From Bacteroidota bacterium (GTDB lineage: Bacteria > Bacteroidota > Bacteroidia > B-17B0 > Aurantibacillaceae): a DNA stretch of 64,000 nucleotides. A program made the position numbers and the translations under genes. Below, piece after piece: positions 40,231 to 50,426 of this stretch (position 1 is the stretch's first letter; each line of letters opens with the position of its first letter). The stretch is taken from the NCBI GenBank assembly GCA_040386615.1, contig JAZKFC010000021.1:220466-284465 (forward strand). The letters run 5' to 3'. The notes under the pieces were generated by a model that was not told where the DNA came from, did not search any database, and worked only from the letters and a program-made list of their open reading frames with translations.

Positions 40231-40962
40231 ATGGCAAGCGCGGCAATCATAGAACAACTGCAGAAGCAGATCCTTTCCCTGCAGGGAGGCAGGCCTTGTT
40301 GTGATCAACCTGCTTTGCCGCTTGGGCTTGGTGTGATGGAATCAGCTTTTCCCGGTGGCGCGTTTCCAAAAGGCGCCGTGCACGAATTCATCAGTGTTTC
40401 ATCTGAAGAGGCAGCCTGCACTACATCCTTTATCTCAGTTGTGCTCGGCAAATTGATGAAGCAGGGTGGTCATTGTATGTGGATAAGCACTGTACCAAGG
40501 CGCAGCGTTTTTCCGCACGCGCTGGGAATATTTGGCCTGGCCGCAGATCGCATTTTATTTGTTGACGCTGCCACAACTAAAGAAACTTTATGGGCGCTGG
40601 AGGAAGCGTTGAAGTGCGGGGCACTAGTGGCCGTGGTAGGTGAATTGAACGAACTGAGTTTTAATGATTCACGGCGTTTGCAATTGGCGGTGGAACAAAG
40701 CCGTGTTACCGGTTTCATTCATCGTTTCAGACCAAAGGTCCAAAGTCCTGTAGCCTGCATTACCCGCTGGAAGATCAGCCCCCTTGCCAGCGAAGCACCC
40801 GATGGCCTGCCGGGACTTGGTTTCCCGCGCTGGCAGCTTGCCTTATTAAAAGTACGCAGTGGTCAACCGGCCCAATGGCAGGTAGAATGGTCGCCCAAAA
40901 GCATGTCACTCGCATACATTCAACTGCCTGCTATTTCCGGTCACGAACGTCAAACTGGTTAA
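40231..40962 (+). CDS. imuA: ImuA-like translesion synthesis protein (RecA/SulA-fold)
   Basis: 243 aa. GAVHEF, WALEEALKCGALVAVVGE and SRRLQLAVE motifs. First gene of the imuA-imuB-dnaE2 cassette. Confidence 0.72.
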   Translation: MASAAIIEQLQKQILSLQGGRPCCDQPALPLGLGVMESAFPGGAFPKGAVHEFISVSSEEAACTTSFISVVLGKLMKQGGHCMWISTVPRRSVFPHALGIFGLAADRILFVDAATTKETLWALEEALKCGALVAVVGELNELSFNDSRRLQLAVEQSRVTGFIHRFRPKVQSPVACITRWKISPLASEAPDGLPGLGFPRWQLALLKVRSGQPAQWQVEWSPKSMSLAYIQLPAISGHERQTG

Positions 40963-40963
40963 G

Positions 40964-42457
40964 ATGTCGCTGAGGATCGTACATATCTGGTTTGAGCGCC
41001 TGGTCACCGATTGGGTGATTCGCCGTCAGCCTGAATTAAAGCAAATACCTTTCGCTTTGGCCATGCAGGAGCGTAATCGCAGGGTGATCAAAGCAGTGAA
41101 TGAAACTGCGCAGGCCGGTGGCATCTATACCAACATGGTGCTTGCCGACGCACTGGCACTGATGCCTGAACTGGAAGTGATGGATTATGATACCGGACAG
41201 GCTGCAAAATTATTGAACGCGCTGGCCGAATGGTGCATCCGCTACACGCCTGTGGTAGCAATTGACCTGCCCGACGGACTTTTTATGGATGTGAGCGGCT
41301 GTACACATTTATGGGGCGGCGAAAAAGAATACATCCTTGACATTCAAAAACGTTTAAATGTTTTTGGTTATACCGTGCAGGTAGCCATAGCCGATACGCC
41401 AGGAGCTGCATGGGCCTTAAGCCATTTCGGCGAGGCCATGCACGTGGTTGCAGATGAACAGTTGCAAGCGTTATCACCTTTACCTGTAGCGGCGCTCCGC
41501 CTTGAAACATCCATTGTTGACCGGCTTGAAAAATTAGGACTGCGCACTATCGGTAGTTTTATGCGCATGCCACGTACCGCGCTGTTCAGGCGCTTTGGCC
41601 CTTCTCTCCTAATGCGGCTCGACCAGGCCACGGGCACTGAAATGGAATTACTGGAACCTGTAAAACCACCTGTACCTTACCACGAGCGCCTGCCCTGCCT
41701 TGAACCTATTAACACAGCAGTTGGTATAGAAATAGCCCTGAAAAATCTGCTGGAAATATTGTGCCTTCGTCTGCAGCGTGAAAGCAAAGGCATGCGCCAA
41801 TGTAACTTTATTGGTCTCAGGCTCGACGGACAGGTAGAGAAAATCAGCATAGGCACCAGTCGCCCTTCGCGCAACGTGCAGCATTTATTTAAACTCTTTG
41901 AAAATAAAATTCAGAGCATTGAACCTGACCTGGGAATTGATCTCTTTATCCTGGAAGCGCCGGTGGTGGAAGAACTGCATGGTTCGCAGGATGCTTTGTG
42001 GCAGGCAACAAACGCCGGTGAAATAGCTATTGCAGAGTTATTGGATCGTTTTTCCGGCAAAGCTAAAACACTGAGCATTCACCGTTACCTGCCTGCTGAG
42101 CATTACTGGCCTGAACGATCGGTAAAAGAAGCCGGCTCATTATCAGAGCAGCCCGCAACATTATGGCGCAATGACCTGTTGCGTCCACCGCATTTACTGC
42201 TGCATCCCGAATTAATAGAAGTGAGCGTGCTGCTGCCTGATTATCCACCTCTGCTCTTCATTCACAAAGGTATATTGCATACTGTAAAAAAAGCGGATGG
42301 ACCCGAGCGCATTGAGCAGGAATGGTGGTTGCAGGAAGGGCTTTACAGGGATTATTATTGTGTGGAAGATCAGCACGGCGCGCGTTACTGGTTGTTTAGA
42401 CTTGGAGATTACGACAGCGGTGATGTGAAATGGTTTTTGCATGGGTTTTTCTCTTAA
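40964..42457 (+). CDS. imuB: ImuB, Y-family DNA polymerase-like protein
   Basis: 497 aa. N-terminal Y-family fold (FMDVSGCTHLWGGE). Synteny between imuA and dnaE2. Confidence 0.8.
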   Translation: MSLRIVHIWFERLVTDWVIRRQPELKQIPFALAMQERNRRVIKAVNETAQAGGIYTNMVLADALALMPELEVMDYDTGQAAKLLNALAEWCIRYTPVVAIDLPDGLFMDVSGCTHLWGGEKEYILDIQKRLNVFGYTVQVAIADTPGAAWALSHFGEAMHVVADEQLQALSPLPVAALRLETSIVDRLEKLGLRTIGSFMRMPRTALFRRFGPSLLMRLDQATGTEMELLEPVKPPVPYHERLPCLEPINTAVGIEIALKNLLEILCLRLQRESKGMRQCNFIGLRLDGQVEKISIGTSRPSRNVQHLFKLFENKIQSIEPDLGIDLFILEAPVVEELHGSQDALWQATNAGEIAIAELLDRFSGKAKTLSIHRYLPAEHYWPERSVKEAGSLSEQPATLWRNDLLRPPHLLLHPELIEVSVLLPDYPPLLFIHKGILHTVKKADGPERIEQEWWLQEGLYRDYYCVEDQHGARYWLFRLGDYDSGDVKWFLHGFFS

Positions 42458-42669
42458 TAAGGTGTTAAGTCTTTGATTTACTTTCGCACTTTTTCCTTGA
42501 TGAAAAAGTGCTACAAAAAATCAAAGGCGATTTGCCGACCTGGATTTTTCGCAATGCTGCCTAAATGCGCTACTCATTTAACGAAAAATCCGGGTCCGCA
42601 CCAAATCGCCGTTTACCACCGCACTATCCGAGACGTACCTGGATGTACCCAGACGTAGGGATACGCAAA

Positions 42670-45600
42670 ATGTCTGAAACAAATGAAATGAACTACACAG
42701 AATTACAAATAACAAGCAATTTCTCTTTTCTTCGTGGTGGTTCTCATCCCGAAGAACTCGTAGAACAAGCCCTTGCTCTCGGTTACACCGACATCGCCAT
42801 TATCGATCATAATACCCTTGCAGGCATTGTGCGCGCATACACTGCGTCCAAAGGCAAAGACATCCGCGTGATTCCGGCCTGCCGCCTAAATTTAGCTGAC
42901 GGGCCCAGCCTGCTCGTATATCCCACCGATAAGGACGCTTATGCCCGTATGTCGGGATTATTATCGGAAGGGAATTTGCGTGTTGAAAAAGGAGAATGCC
43001 TTTTATATAAAGCTGACGTGTACCGTTACGCCAAAGGTCTCCTGTTTATCATGGTGCCGCCTGTAGCATTAAATGAGAAGTTTGAGTTTGAAGCTGAGTA
43101 CATCAGCGCGCTGCAGGAATACAGCGCAATGCTAGGCGACGCGCTGTACCTGGGCGCCACACCCGCTTACCTGGCCAGTGACGGAAAAAAACTGGCACGC
43201 CTTGCGCAGCTTTCAAAACAATACCAGGTGCCTCTGGTGGCTTTGAACGATGTGCACTACCATGCGCCGGAGCGAAGGGAACTACAGGACGTGCTGACTT
43301 GTATCCGCGAAAAATGCACAATTACCAATGCTGGTTTCCGCCTATATCAAAACGCGGAGCGTTATTTAAAAACAGCCGCTGAGATGAGCAGGCTTTTTGC
43401 TGCTTATCCCGAAGCCATTGAAAATACAGGCGTGATCAGCAAGGCCTGCCAATTCAGTTTAAAAGAACTCAAATACGAATATCCTGAAGAGATCACCAGT
43501 GATGGCCGGGCGCCTCAGGAAGAACTGGAATTCCTGACCTGGAAAGGAGCGAATGAAAAATTCAGGAAGGGGATCCCGGACAGGATCAGATCCACGATTG
43601 AATTTGAATTAGATTTTATAGAACGAAAAAACTACGCCGCTTATTTTTTAACGGTACATGATTTTGTGCGTTACGCGCGTGAACAGGATATTTTGTGCCA
43701 GGGCCGTGGCTCGGCCGCCAATTCAACTGTGTGTTTTTGTTTGGGGATTACCTCGGTTGATCCCTCCCAATTTAATTTGCTTTTCAGCAGGTTTATGAGC
43801 GACGCGCGCGACGAGCCTCCCGATATTGATGTTGATTTTGAGCATGAACGCCGTGAAGAGGTGATGCAATACATTTACAACAAATACGGACGTGACCGCG
43901 CGGCAATTGTAGCCACTGTAACGCAGCAACACTATAAAGGTTCGGTGCGCGATGTGGCCAAGGTCATGGGTCTGAGTACGGACGCTGTAAATAGCCTTGC
44001 GGGTTCGGGATGGGAGTTTACAGAAGATTGGTACCAGGGCAAAACCGTGACCTCTTCGGGCTTCAGCGCTAAAGACAAACACCTGCTCAAAGTGCTTGAA
44101 CTCACCCGCCAATACATTGGTTTTCCGAGACAGCTGGGTCAGCATACGGGTGGGTTCATTATCACACGCGGAAAATTATCGGACCTGTGCCCGATCATCA
44201 ATGCCCGTATGGAAGATCGCACCAATATTGAATGGAACAAAGACGATATTGAATCACTGGGATTTTTGAAAGTGGACGTGCTGGCTCTTGGCATGCTTAC
44301 CTGTATCCACAAGGGTTTCGATCTCGCCAAAACACATTACGGCCTTGATCTTACACTCGATAACATTCCACAGGAACTGCCTGAAGTGTATGACATGATC
44401 TGTCGTGCCGATACCCTTGGTATATTTCAAATTGAAAGCAGGGCACAGATGAGTATGCTGCCGCGCCTGCGCCCAAAGAAATTTTATGATCTCGTGATAG
44501 AGGTTGCCATTGTGAGGCCAGGTCCCATACAGGGCGACATGGTACATCCTTACCTGCGGCGGCGCAACGGTCTCGAAAAAGTTGAATATCCCTCCGACGA
44601 GATCCGCTCTATTTTAGAACGCACTTTGGGTGTACCACTTTTCCAGGAACAGGCCATGGAGATAGCCATTGTAGCCGCGGGCTTTACGCCGTCGGAAGCA
44701 GATGCCCTTCGCCGCAGCATGGCTACATTTAAAGCACAGGGCAAGGTGAGCGCCTTCCACGAAAAAATGATCAGTGGCATGACAGCCAAAGGTTATACCA
44801 AAGAATTTGCCGAGCGGGTTTTTAAACAATTAGAAGGTTTTGGCAGCTATGGTTTTCCTGAAAGTCACGCTGTGAGTTTTGCATTGCTGGTATATATTTC
44901 TTCGTGGATGAAATATTATTATCCCGATATATTTGCCGCTTCATTACTCAACAGCCAGCCCATGGGTTTTTACCAGCCCGCGCAGATCATTGGCGACGCG
45001 CTCAAACACGGTGTAGTTGTAAAACCGGTTGACGTTAATTATTCTTACTGGGATTATATGCTCGAAGAAAAAGCACCACGGCTTGATCACCAGGCCGGGC
45101 AAGCAATCTACCACACTTTACGTTTAGGTTTCAGGCAGGTAAAAAGTTTAAAAGAGGAAGATGTGCAGTTACTGGTTGCAGCCAGGGGTAGTGGCATTCA
45201 GGATATCGCAGAACTGGTGGATGCCGGGGTATCGCTGACCGCCCTTGAGCACCTGGCAGATGCCGATGCCTTTCGCTCTATTGGTCTTGACCGGCGTCAG
45301 GCACTTTGGAAGGTGGCGGCCCTCAGCGATCACCACGTGGGCCTTTTTGCCGGGCAACAGCAGGATACAAGTCTTGAACAAAACATTGAACTGCCGGGCA
45401 TGAGTCTCTCCGAACATGTGATCCACGATTACCGTTCAACGGCCCTCTCTCTGAAAGCGCACCCGCTCAGTTTTATCCGCCAGCAGATGGACCTGCTCAA
45501 AGTAACGCCCAATGCCGACCTGGTGAATGGCGCCGACGGCATGCAGGTAAAGGTAGCCGGACTGGTGCTGGCGAGGCAGCGTCCGGGTACAGCCAGTGGC

Positions 45601-46008
45601 ATTTGTTTTATAACCATTGAAGATGAAACAGGCAATGCCAACCTGGTGGTGTTTGAAAAACTGTTTACCCGTTACCGCAAAGAGATCGTGAACTGCCGTC
45701 TGCTGATGGTAGATGGCAAACTGCAAAAAGAAGGAGAAGTGATACATGTTGTGGTGCAGCGCTGTTATGACCTCACGGGTTTGCTGGGCCCGCTGGGCTG
45801 CCCTCCTGAACTTACCGAAGGACACCAGGAAGCGAGAGCTTCGGAAGACCAGAGCATTGATCACACAACAAGTTCGGCACCGGGTGTGGCAAAAACAAAA
45901 AAAACGCAAAAAGCCACGGGTAAGCAACCCGCAAAGGCGCTGGCGAAATCAAACGATGGGCCTTCGTTCCAATACGGGATGTTTTATGAGGGAAGAAATT
46001 TTAAGTAG
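42670..46008 (+). CDS. dnaE2: error-prone DNA polymerase III alpha subunit DnaE2
   Basis: PHP domain (YTELQITSNFSFLRGGSHPEEL), polymerase core (GFPRQLGQHTGGF, FQIESR) and an OB fold. Start set at ATG 42670, though 42688 is also possible. The track ORF from 42565 adds an implausible leader. Confidence 0.87.
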   Translation: MSETNEMNYTELQITSNFSFLRGGSHPEELVEQALALGYTDIAIIDHNTLAGIVRAYTASKGKDIRVIPACRLNLADGPSLLVYPTDKDAYARMSGLLSEGNLRVEKGECLLYKADVYRYAKGLLFIMVPPVALNEKFEFEAEYISALQEYSAMLGDALYLGATPAYLASDGKKLARLAQLSKQYQVPLVALNDVHYHAPERRELQDVLTCIREKCTITNAGFRLYQNAERYLKTAAEMSRLFAAYPEAIENTGVISKACQFSLKELKYEYPEEITSDGRAPQEELEFLTWKGANEKFRKGIPDRIRSTIEFELDFIERKNYAAYFLTVHDFVRYAREQDILCQGRGSAANSTVCFCLGITSVDPSQFNLLFSRFMSDARDEPPDIDVDFEHERREEVMQYIYNKYGRDRAAIVATVTQQHYKGSVRDVAKVMGLSTDAVNSLAGSGWEFTEDWYQGKTVTSSGFSAKDKHLLKVLELTRQYIGFPRQLGQHTGGFIITRGKLSDLCPIINARMEDRTNIEWNKDDIESLGFLKVDVLALGMLTCIHKGFDLAKTHYGLDLTLDNIPQELPEVYDMICRADTLGIFQIESRAQMSMLPRLRPKKFYDLVIEVAIVRPGPIQGDMVHPYLRRRNGLEKVEYPSDEIRSILERTLGVPLFQEQAMEIAIVAAGFTPSEADALRRSMATFKAQGKVSAFHEKMISGMTAKGYTKEFAERVFKQLEGFGSYGFPESHAVSFALLVYISSWMKYYYPDIFAASLLNSQPMGFYQPAQIIGDALKHGVVVKPVDVNYSYWDYMLEEKAPRLDHQAGQAIYHTLRLGFRQVKSLKEEDVQLLVAARGSGIQDIAELVDAGVSLTALEHLADADAFRSIGLDRRQALWKVAALSDHHVGLFAGQQQDTSLEQNIELPGMSLSEHVIHDYRSTALSLKAHPLSFIRQQMDLLKVTPNADLVNGADGMQVKVAGLVLARQRPGTASGICFITIEDETGNANLVVFEKLFTRYRKEIVNCRLLMVDGKLQKEGEVIHVVVQRCYDLTGLLGPLGCPPELTEGHQEARASEDQSIDHTTSSAPGVAKTKKTQKATGKQPAKALAKSNDGPSFQYGMFYEGRNFK

Positions 46009-46082
46009 TCAATCATTCTCTTCCGTGATGATGCGAATAATACTACAATATCCATCGTCACCACGCGAACAGTTACACCCAC

Positions 46083-46772
46083 TCAGGTTACCCGTTTTGT
46101 GGCAATAGCTAATACCCATTCCGTATTCTCACACACAGGGCATTGTGTTGCGTTGCTGAGGTGCTTGATTTCACCGCATTTGGCGCAGGCATACAAATTT
46201 GGTTCACGAATGACTTTGGTTTTATTGTAAAACAATTCAGGGGTTATTGGAAGACCATGCCGAACGTCTTTGTCTTCGAAGAAATAGACGCTCACATCTC
46301 CCGTAGTCTCAAGGTAGGCTTTTTTTACCTGGCCAAGGTGCTCAATGTTTTTTAACCGAAGTTCTGTGAAAAACTCATCGTGGGAAATACTTTCACGTTC
46401 AAACTTGGTAGCCGAAAATTTACCTTCTGTAACCAGGCACTCCGTTTTACCTTCCATAAATCGCTCAAAACGCTGATTTTTGCCCGTTAACCAGGTCACA
46501 AACCTGTAAAGCAGAATGACCACAAAAAACACGCCAATTGCCGGCACTAAACCTACATCTTCGTAAAACATAGGATCTCCGGCAGCCGAACCGAGGCTTA
46601 TAATAATAACAGTCTCAAAGACCGACAATTGTTTAACACCCCGTTTGCCTGCGAGTTTAAGCACCAACAAAAGGAGGACAAACATCACGGTTGAACGTAG
46701 CACCACTTCAAAAAGAAAGTGCCCTGGAAGTTCATTGAACAAGACCCTTGACCAGTCAAATCTATATTCCAT
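46083..46772 (-). CDS. DUF421 (YetF-like) membrane protein with C-terminal CxxC...CxxC zinc ribbon
   Basis: TM N-terminus with KLAGKRGVKQLSVFE. C-terminal CAKCGE...CPVCE. Confidence 0.72.
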   Translation of the reverse strand: MEYRFDWSRVLFNELPGHFLFEVVLRSTVMFVLLLLVLKLAGKRGVKQLSVFETVIIISLGSAAGDPMFYEDVGLVPAIGVFFVVILLYRFVTWLTGKNQRFERFMEGKTECLVTEGKFSATKFERESISHDEFFTELRLKNIEHLGQVKKAYLETTGDVSVYFFEDKDVRHGLPITPELFYNKTKVIREPNLYACAKCGEIKHLSNATQCPVCENTEWVLAIATKRVT

Positions 46773-47297
46773 ACTACTCTATTTGTAAATTTATGGGTTG
46801 CATTTGAGATCAGCCACCAATCATATTATGCCCTTGTTGTTACCAACTTACATGCCACTCGGCAAAGCCGGCTGCCAACAGTATGATGTGCTGGCATAAT
46901 ATTTTAATACTATAGATCAATAATCTTATTTATGGAACTTCATTTTAAAACACATCTTCAGGAAACTCACGTTACCGGCGCATTTAAAACATTTCCACGC
47001 GTGGATACAGGAAAATTTGATGTGTGCCAGGCCTGTGAACTGAAACAGGCGGTACTATCCTTAAAAAGAAAATCAGAGCATGCCGCATTTAATAAATCCT
47101 AAGTCGCTAATCATCACGAATAACTGATTTCTTTTTCTGTAAGGACATTTAGAACGGTCAAAATAATTTCCAGGATTGTTCCGGAAAACCCGAAACACAA
47201 AAGTCCGGATCAACCCCTTATAATGTCTATTTAACACCCCCCTGAATTGATATTTATCCACTACACTTGTAATGCAAAACAGCTAATAATAAAAATT

Positions 47298-47777
47298 ATG
47301 ACAACAAGTGACTTAATATTGAAAATGGTATTTGACAGGTGGAACGCCTCTTTAAAAAACTACGACGCGCTGCTTAACACACTAAGCGACGAACAATTAC
47401 AAAAAGAAATAGCGCCGGGTAAGAACAGGGGGGTTTATGTATTGGGACATCTTATTGCAGTTCACGACGACATGCTGGTGCTTCTGGACATGGGCGATAA
47501 GTTGTATCCCGAAATGAATGAGCCTTTCCTTAAATCTGCCGATAAAACCGTGCAACAAATTCCCTCAGTGGCTCAACTAAGATCCAGCTGGGTGAAACAA
47601 TGCGAAGTGCTGAAACAAAAATTTGAGAGCGTCTCAGCTGAGTCATGGTTTGAAAAACACAGCGCCGTTAGTTCCGAAGATTTCGCGAAAGAGCCGCACC
47701 GCAATAAACTCAATATTATAATCACCAGAACTACCCATTTGGCTTACCACACCGGGCAAATGGTGTTGCTTAATTAA
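47298..47777 (+). CDS. DinB-family protein
   Basis: Four-helix pattern with HLI.VHD and HLAYHTGQ (His triad). ATG at 47298. Confidence 0.72.
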   Translation: MTTSDLILKMVFDRWNASLKNYDALLNTLSDEQLQKEIAPGKNRGVYVLGHLIAVHDDMLVLLDMGDKLYPEMNEPFLKSADKTVQQIPSVAQLRSSWVKQCEVLKQKFESVSAESWFEKHSAVSSEDFAKEPHRNKLNIIITRTTHLAYHTGQMVLLN

Positions 47778-47798
47778 CCCACCATAAAAATACGATTT

Positions 47799-48239
47799 AT
47801 GAAAACCAAAGATTATACTGTAAGCATTCTTGTAAAACAATCACCCAAAGAGGTATTTGACGCCATTAACAATGTGCGTGGCTGGTGGCATGGAGAATTT
47901 GAAGGGAGCAGCAACAAGATCAACGATGAATTCAGCTACCGCATGGAAGACATACATTTTTCGAAACAAAAAGTTATTGAATTGATCCCCAACGAAAAAA
48001 TTGTTTGGTTGGTCACCGAAAGCAAGCTCAATTTTATTGATCATAAAGACGAATGGACCGGCACGAAAATCATTTTTGACATCAGTCAAATCGATAATAA
48101 AACACAGGTTCAATTCACACACCAGGGTTTAATGCCTCAGGTTGAATGTTACGATGCCTGTTCTAATGCCTGGGGAATGCTTGTAAAGGAGAGTTTAATG
48201 AGTTTAATTACAACGGGTAAGGGCAAGAAGATTTTTTAA
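47799..48239 (+). CDS. SRPBCC family protein
   Basis: 146 aa. VF.AINNVRGWW at the N-terminus. Confidence 0.7.
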   Translation: MKTKDYTVSILVKQSPKEVFDAINNVRGWWHGEFEGSSNKINDEFSYRMEDIHFSKQKVIELIPNEKIVWLVTESKLNFIDHKDEWTGTKIIFDISQIDNKTQVQFTHQGLMPQVECYDACSNAWGMLVKESLMSLITTGKGKKIF

Positions 48240-48283
48240 ATGCAGGGCGCACGGATTACAAATCCGCACGAACGGGTTTTACA
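48081..48283 (+). repeat. left copy of an imperfect direct repeat (3-prime end of the SRPBCC gene plus downstream hairpin)
   Basis: Aligns by eye with 50107-50283. Shared blocks include AATAATAAAAC, CAATTCAC.CACCAGGG, CCTCAGGTTGAATGTTA.GATGC and TTTTAAATGCAGG.CGCA.GGATTA.AAATCCGC..GAACGGGT. Confidence 0.75.
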
Positions 48284-48292
48284 CTGTTATTT

Positions 48293-49939
48293 CTATCGTT
48301 TTTGTTTTCTAATATAAAGTTTACAAAAATTATTCCTGCGAATGATTTTGTAGGAAGTTTCTAAGCGGGTCTTTGTTTTAAAAAAGCAGGCAGACTGTTT
48401 ATCCTGGTTTTCTCCGATCTGGACCACATACTCTACCGGGATCACCAGGCCATTTTTCTGGCGGACGGAAAAAAACAGGCTATCCGGCTCATTCACAAAG
48501 AAGCTACAGATAAGGTCTTTGTTTGGTGCACCGAACGCTAAGGTATCTGTAAAAAACCGCCTGGAGTTCCAGTTAACCGGAAACCATTGCAAACCAGCTT
48601 CGTAATTTTCTAAAAGGGCCAGACGCCGGTTCGCGCCCACATAACCGCTCGCATGATCGTACAACCAATTGCCCGAATAATTAAGTACCAAAACTAAGTT
48701 GCCTTCAGGGATGGAAGTTGCAACTTCTTCTAATTTTGGCCCATCGTCGCGGGTTTCTATGGCATAATTATAATAAACGGAAACAATGTTTGCCTGAAGG
48801 GATATCAAGGCCACAAGCGATAGAGCGCCGATCCATTTTGGAAATTTTATCAAGGCCAACCAGCAGAAAAAGAAGACGTAGGAAAGTACCAGCAGCCGGT
48901 CTGTAACTAAAATGAAATTTGGCAGGAGAAAGTACAGGATCAGCAAAACTATCCAAAAGATCAGAAAGATGATCGAAGTAACAGTATTCTTATAGTCAAA
49001 AGAAACCTTATTGGCCGTGAATAATTTTTTGTGTTTAATCGCCAGGAAGATAAACACTGCGATTAAAAGCGCGAAAAGCGCGGACAAAACCCTGCCGTAA
49101 TCGAGGAGTGGTGGGCCGCAGCCAAAGGCCATGACAGGTCTGAAATCAACGATCCATTGCAGGCGTTCTGCCAGGCTGATCAGCGGTCTGGGTCCTGTAG
49201 CATGGATTCTAACAAAATAGTTAATACTGAGAATGACTGAGGGGATTGCGCAAATGAAAATCCAGATGAGTCGTTTTTTAAAAGCGGAAAAATCTGCGAT
49301 GCGATCATGGTTTTTGTCTTTGTGTACATCGAGAAACACCGTTGAAAAAGCGATTAGCAGGGCAATGGTGAGGAGAAAGGTGATGATGTGGGAGAAAAAA
49401 GTAATGCCCAGAAGTAATGTCAGAAAAATGTACTGTTTAACTGTGATTTTCCTGTCTGAATTCAAAAAATAGCTGAGGGACGCAAACATTGCAGTAATTC
49501 CAAGGCACATATTAAAAAACCCGAAATAAAAAAGGTGGTTGTGCAAAAGAGGAAAAATCAAATAAAGGCCGAAGCTGTTCGCAGGTTTAAAAAACAAAAG
49601 ACTTTTGCGAAAAAATAAGGGCGTGAAGATGAAATAGATCAGCATCATGAGCTTTTGGGAGAGAAAGGCCGGAAAAAATAAACAAAAAAAAGCCATGATA
49701 AAATGGCCGGTCCAGTTTGGCACAAGCACCGGGTTTAAGCAGTACAGGTCTGAAATGTTATCCTTTTGCCCGAAAATCAGTTCCTTTACAAGACTGGCAT
49801 TGTAAAGGTGAGAGGGGCCATCCAGTGTTGTATAGTATTTGGTAACTAAAACCGGCCAGGCGGTAAGTAAAATACAAAGCGCAAATAAACAGGGTTCAAT
49901 TTTGTTAAATGAAAAACTCCGGATAATTCGTTTGAACAT
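48293..49939 (-). CDS. polytopic membrane protein (about 14 TM), function unknown
   Basis: 548 aa, very hydrophobic. It resembles glycosyltransferase-C-fold / O-antigen-type membrane proteins only in general architecture. Confidence 0.55.
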   Translation of the reverse strand: MFKRIIRSFSFNKIEPCLFALCILLTAWPVLVTKYYTTLDGPSHLYNASLVKELIFGQKDNISDLYCLNPVLVPNWTGHFIMAFFCLFFPAFLSQKLMMLIYFIFTPLFFRKSLLFFKPANSFGLYLIFPLLHNHLFYFGFFNMCLGITAMFASLSYFLNSDRKITVKQYIFLTLLLGITFFSHIITFLLTIALLIAFSTVFLDVHKDKNHDRIADFSAFKKRLIWIFICAIPSVILSINYFVRIHATGPRPLISLAERLQWIVDFRPVMAFGCGPPLLDYGRVLSALFALLIAVFIFLAIKHKKLFTANKVSFDYKNTVTSIIFLIFWIVLLILYFLLPNFILVTDRLLVLSYVFFFCWLALIKFPKWIGALSLVALISLQANIVSVYYNYAIETRDDGPKLEEVATSIPEGNLVLVLNYSGNWLYDHASGYVGANRRLALLENYEAGLQWFPVNWNSRRFFTDTLAFGAPNKDLICSFFVNEPDSLFFSVRQKNGLVIPVEYVVQIGENQDKQSACFFKTKTRLETSYKIIRRNNFCKLYIRKQKR

Positions 49940-50106
49940 ATTTTAAATATAGTTTATTGAATTGTATAAATTGTACATCTTAATGAATTTTATTGATAGT
50001 TGATCAAAAACCCCGGTTCACGAGGATTTCCGCTTAGCCCTCAAATATCAAAATTAAAGAGGAGCCATGCAGTGCCCAGTGAGTGTACACAAACCTATGT
50101 TTAATC

Positions 50107-50283
50107 TTCAGTCTAGTCAATAATAAAACGCAGTTTCAATTCACGCACCAGGGCCCATTACCTCAGGTTGAATGTTATGATGCTTGTAAAAGGAAGCTTA
50201 ATGTTTTGATCACAAGGGGTAAAGGTAAGAGGTGTTTTAAATGCAGGTCGCAGGGATTAAATCCGCGTGAACGGGTCTCATAA
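50107..50283 (+). pseudogene. decayed duplicate of the 3-prime end of the SRPBCC gene (right copy of the direct repeat)
   Basis: Encodes NNKTQFQFTHQGPLPQVECYDAC, matching DNKTQVQFTHQGLMPQVECYDAC of 47799-48239, followed by an internal deletion. It has no N-terminal part. Confidence 0.7.
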
Positions 50284-50426
50284 TATGAAAATTTAATGAG
50301 TTCATTTTAAGGTTGCGGATATTTCTTTTATATCCTGTTGTAGTTTATGGTTCCCGACTGCGCTCGAAGTAACACGGAATTGAACAAGGCCAAAAATTCA
50401 ACCGCAAACTACCACATACGGTTCTT

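Noticed and set aside
42473-42669. N-terminal extension of dnaE2 (from 42565) and the 61-aa ORF at 42473
   Set aside because: DnaE2 homologues begin at the PHP domain (here MNYTELQITSNFSF...). The extension is Arg/Pro-rich with no conservation signal.
43103-45927. Many antisense ORFs of 60-160 aa inside dnaE2. Similar ones occur inside parC, the hybrid kinase, gap and other genes.
   Set aside because: These are shadow ORFs opposite long, well-supported genes. No independent motifs, starts or spacing support them.
46932-47102. 56-aa ORF (MELHFKTHLQETH...CQACE...) in the 520-bp gap before the DinB gene
   Set aside because: It is a single CxxC with no partner motif and no supporting context. 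I noted it but considered it too weak to list as a feature.
50083-50283. 66-aa ORF called in the track
   Set aside because: It is the decayed duplicate of the SRPBCC gene 3-prime end, fused to unrelated upstream codons. It has an internal deletion relative to the intact copy.
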